64,000 bases of DNA from Amoeboaphelidium occidentale. Lineage: Eukaryota. Below, piece after piece: positions 60,758-64,000 of the stretch. The notes under the pieces were generated by a model. That model did no database searches. It had not been told where the DNA came from and worked only from the letters and a program-made list of their open reading frames with translations. Positions within the stretch are counted from its first letter, which is position 1; every line of letters starts with the position of its first letter. A program made the position numbers and the translations under genes. Where the stretch lies: NCBI GenBank assembly GCA_023515795.1, contig JALGPX010000002.1, forward strand, positions 1-64,000, in the 5' to 3' direction.

Positions 60758-62239
60758 TTAGACTTGGTTGTAAAATGCTTCTGCTCCGTTTCTTCCAACA
60801 TTGACATATGCTTTAGTTGCATTCTTTAGTTTGGCATCATATTCATTAATGGCTCTATGAACAGCACTTTTTAGAATGGTGTCAAAGAATTGCGGATAGG
60901 TAATGTTTGCTAAAGCGGCAGTCTTTGGTAAATGACCATCCCAGCACCAACCACAGTTTGGATTAGCCTCCAGTAAACGAGGATTTCCTTGCGCATCCAA
61001 ACGCCAGTCGAAACGAGCATAGTCTCTGCAGTCGATTCTTTTGAACAATCTGCAAGACCATTCGCTCATTTTAGCCTGAACTTCCGGTGATAGAGTAGTA
61101 GGCCTGGTTTTTATCTTGTAATATGGAGAAGATTCGTCCCACTAAACAGGCATAAGTCTTTTGTCTAAAGGAAAAACTAACCTTGCTCTCGAAACCGCAA
61201 ATCTTTGGCAAATCATCAGGTAATTCTGAATAATCTTCTTCAGTAATTGGAAGAGTAGAAGGCCCCATTACTCCTTTCTCGTTTAGTCTCTCCATCACGC
61301 CAACATTTATATCGCGACCATCAAGGAACTCTTGCAACAGAATAGGACATTCAAGATGGAACACTTCTCTTATCATCTTGACTGCTTCCTTGATTTCAGC
61401 CTCGTTTTTGCAGACGCTTTTAGATGTTATTCCGAAAGAACCATCACTTGAATTAGGCTTCACCATAACTGGATAAGCTAATCCGAACTTGGCAGCATCA
61501 AGCACAGTATCATCAGCCAAATAAATAGATTTTGGAACTGGAACACCAATAGACTCTGCCACTTTGATCACTGCTTGCTTATCATAAGTGATACCAATAG
61601 TCTTCGGTCCTGTTCCTGTGTATGGGATTTCAAACATCTCAAGCAACGCGGTCACATGCAACTCCATGCGAGAATTATTCATCCAACCTTCATCACAGAG
61701 CTAATCTTTAGAATCACTTAAGAAACAATTACCTGCAATACCAAATCAACTTTGCCTTCATCTTTGAGTCTTTTGAGGTCAGCCATCAAAGTGTCATGAT
61801 TGCAGCACCAAGAGAAGTTGTACTGTTTCAATGTATCCAGAGCTTCCTTGGCTCTTTTTATAGTGTAAAAGTCATCTTCATCCCATTTACCACCTGGCAG
61901 AATATCATTCGGCTTCGTTGGATCGCCATGAATGATCACAACGTTCAGAGGTTGAGCAGTAGAGTACTCTCTCAAGCGTTGAAGCAGCAAACCAGTTTTT
62001 GTGCCCAAAATAGCAGCATTAAGAGATGAGCTCATGTGATCAAAACCCTCATTAACAGTATCCCTATTTGATGATGTTTCAGAGGCAGCATTTTCAGATG
62101 ATGGCGCTGTCAAGGTTGAAACAGATGGTGATATTTCTGTTGAGCCAAGCTGAGCGCCAAGATCATGGACACTGCCACGAGTTGCGCCATTTAAAGCTGG
62201 TAATGCAGCGGCATTGTTCTTGTTGGAAGTAGAACTCAT
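60758..62239 (-). CDS. D-alanine-D-alanine-ligase-like ATP-grasp enzyme, 2 introns
   Basis: Spliced motifs LQ|LCDEG, ALLEMFEIPYTGTG..YDK, YPVMVKP..DGSFGI, LLQEFLDGRDINVG, FESK|WD, RDYARFDWR and LLEANPNCG. Confidence 0.88.
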
Positions 62240-62629
62240 AATTGCGAATCAATTGGAAAAGGATTTGAAGAAACTGAGTTTCAAAAAACTTGGCGCCTTC
62301 TCACGAGGCTGTTTCAATGATATTTTTATCCAATCGTCATCTTTTAAAATCATTCTTTCCGCAGAAGCTATCGGATTCGCTGGTATATTTATAGAACCGA
62401 CTTTTCGCTGACAAACTTGAGTTTCGAAGTGCCTAAGAGTGGAGGTTGATGTCGAGGGGTTCCGTAAAAACTTGGCGATTTTCTTGTTTCAACAAGTTTA
62501 GAATAGATAGAAACGTAAGGGTTACGCAACATGGCTTCTCCTGATCCCGTCCTGTGGCAAAAGCTTTTCTACAAATGTATAGGTACCATCAGTTCTATTT
62601 AGACAATCATACCACCATAAATTAGAGGA

Positions 62630-64000
62630 CTAGAAGTCGCGGCTTTCATTATCAATGGGAGGGTTTCCATGCGCGTTTGCTATCTCCAAAAACTCATCAA
62701 CTAGACGTTGGACCGCGATATCAATAGCTTCGATCTCATCCTTAATTTTCTGAGCCTTTTGTAGCTCGGTCTTCATTTTACTTTTAAATTGTTTCTTGTA
62801 GAAGTCTGTGCGTGCCAAAATTTTCTCCTCCTTTTCTGACAGAGGTTCATTTTCTATAGACCACCATTCTGGAGCGACCGGCATTGATGGTGTTGGGTTA
62901 TTGGAGTGAATGTTTGAGGAAATAGATTCATACTTGCTGCCCAGTGACCAAACTTGAAGATATAGCAGACCAGCAAATATTAAAAACAGAAAAGATATCC
63001 ATGGCGACCACTCAAGGATGAACTCCGATAATTCATTAAAAGCTTCTCGAATGGCGGACTTTTTGGTAACAACTGCTGACACTTTTTGTGAATCGCTTTT
63101 AGAAGATTCTCCCGTGTTCTTTGCAGAGAGTTTCAAGCTTTCTGCAAATGCCTTGCAGTCATTCATCAAAACCTGTTCAAAGAGACTCCAATGCGATTTA
63201 GAGCTCTCATAGAGAACCTTTTCTATCGGAGCTTTGAACAAAGAATTGGCTTGTTTGCCCATATCAATCTCCCAGCCAACCAGTAATCTACATTCGTTGT
63301 CGCTGACTCTCATTAAGCACTGAGACGTCAAAACATTGATAAGACTTCCTATTATTGGAACAGATGTGCATTCCCTCACACAGATGTACTGTGTCGCGTC
63401 TTTCTTTGTGTAATTCTGAGAAACTGTGCATCGAACAGAATTATATAGCGGAGGGATTCTTAAAGGATAATTATACTCCAGCTTTCTTGCCTCTGTGACT
63501 TTAAACTCCTTCTCTGTCTTTTCCCAATTTGACACTTTAACAGACTCCATCCCTCTTGATGTGAATATTTTCTCAAAAAATGCGGGGGAACCATACAAAA
63601 ACCCAGCAAGTGTCACCAAAGATACAGGAAACACTTTATCCACAAGAATTATGCTACAATGATCATGACAGTCACAAAATGAAGCAGGCTTCTGCTTTTT
63701 AGGAGCCAAAGCCTCTGAAGATCTCTTTTTTGACGACTTTCTAGAACTACCCACAATGTCACCGAGTTTCAAAGCTTTAGAACTTTTGTTTCTCTTGAGT
63801 ATTTTTTCAATGTTCGACATTTTATACTTGCCTGACTGTCTGCTACTTGGCCTTGACCTCAGATACTCGGCTGAGCTTTCAGCTGCAGACTCATCATCTT
63901 GCACATAACCATCAGTGGAGGATTCATCATCATCTCCTTTCTTTAGCATCTTCTCAACGTTAGGTTTGTAAGCCTTTTTCTTTGGCTTCTTTCCAAAAAC
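62630..64000 (-). CDS. VASt (StART-like) sterol-transfer membrane protein (Lam/GRAMD1-like); 5' end lies outside the window
   Basis: The frame is open to the window edge. VASt-like ILVDKVFPVSL..F..W..RKLEY.YPL..VP..CL..CRLLV segment, followed by TM WISFLFLIFAGLLYLQVW and a coiled coil. Confidence 0.7.
   Translation of the reverse strand, partial: VFGKKPKKKAYKPNVEKMLKKGDDDESSTDGYVQDDESAAESSAEYLRSRPSSRQSGKYKMSNIEKILKRNKSSKALKLGDIVGSSRKSSKKRSSEALAPKKQKPASFCDCHDHCSIILVDKVFPVSLVTLAGFLYGSPAFFEKIFTSRGMESVKVSNWEKTEKEFKVTEARKLEYNYPLRIPPLYNSVRCTVSQNYTKKDATQYICVRECTSVPIIGSLINVLTSQCLMRVSDNECRLLVGWEIDMGKQANSLFKAPIEKVLYESSKSHWSLFEQVLMNDCKAFAESLKLSAKNTGESSKSDSQKVSAVVTKKSAIREAFNELSEFILEWSPWISFLFLIFAGLLYLQVWSLGSKYESISSNIHSNNPTPSMPVAPEWWSIENEPLSEKEEKILARTDFYKKQFKSKMKTELQKAQKIKDEIEAIDIAVQRLVDEFLEIANAHGNPPIDNESRDF

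Noticed and set aside
55917..62239. Bacterial contamination as the source of GSIII and the Ddl-like gene
   Set aside because: Both carry host-style spliceosomal introns and are contiguous with eukaryotic genes with no intervening gap.
1..64000. Alternative genetic code, selenocysteine or stop readthrough as the cause of split ORFs
   Set aside because: Nearly all breaks are resolved by canonical short introns or N-gap duplicates, and I found no in-frame stop at a conserved position.

Overview
Very compact, gene-dense eukaryotic nuclear DNA with about 35 genes. Intergenic gaps are mostly 15-400 nt, introns are short GT-AG (about 31-70 nt), and the genetic code is standard. The content is fungal-like (RAE1, ALG8, CDC73, INO80, XRN2, VNX1-like exchanger, CAP10/GT90, DPH3, TRM7). 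It also keeps genes that yeasts and moulds generally lack: MED25, Integrator INTS6, short-tailed myosin I, kinesin-13, and probably HROB. Complex I genes (NDUFA12, NDUFAF7) are present. My inference is an early-diverging holomycotan, possibly aphelid-like; the species cannot be established here. The most unusual stretch is 55.9-62.5 kb. It holds an intron-containing type III glutamine synthetase, a receptor-like kinase with a tiny ectodomain, and an intron-containing prokaryote-type D-Ala-D-Ala-ligase-like ATP-grasp enzyme. The two ligases share an upstream CGCCAAG motif. Also present are an orphan/decaying block at 1-3.8 kb, a tandem triplet of CYSTM genes, and several spliced genes the ORF track missed. 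Seven N-gaps are each flanked by near-identical duplicates that look like unmerged alleles. I recognised no rRNA, tRNA, CRISPR array or clear transposon. All calls rest on motif recognition by eye, with no database searches.
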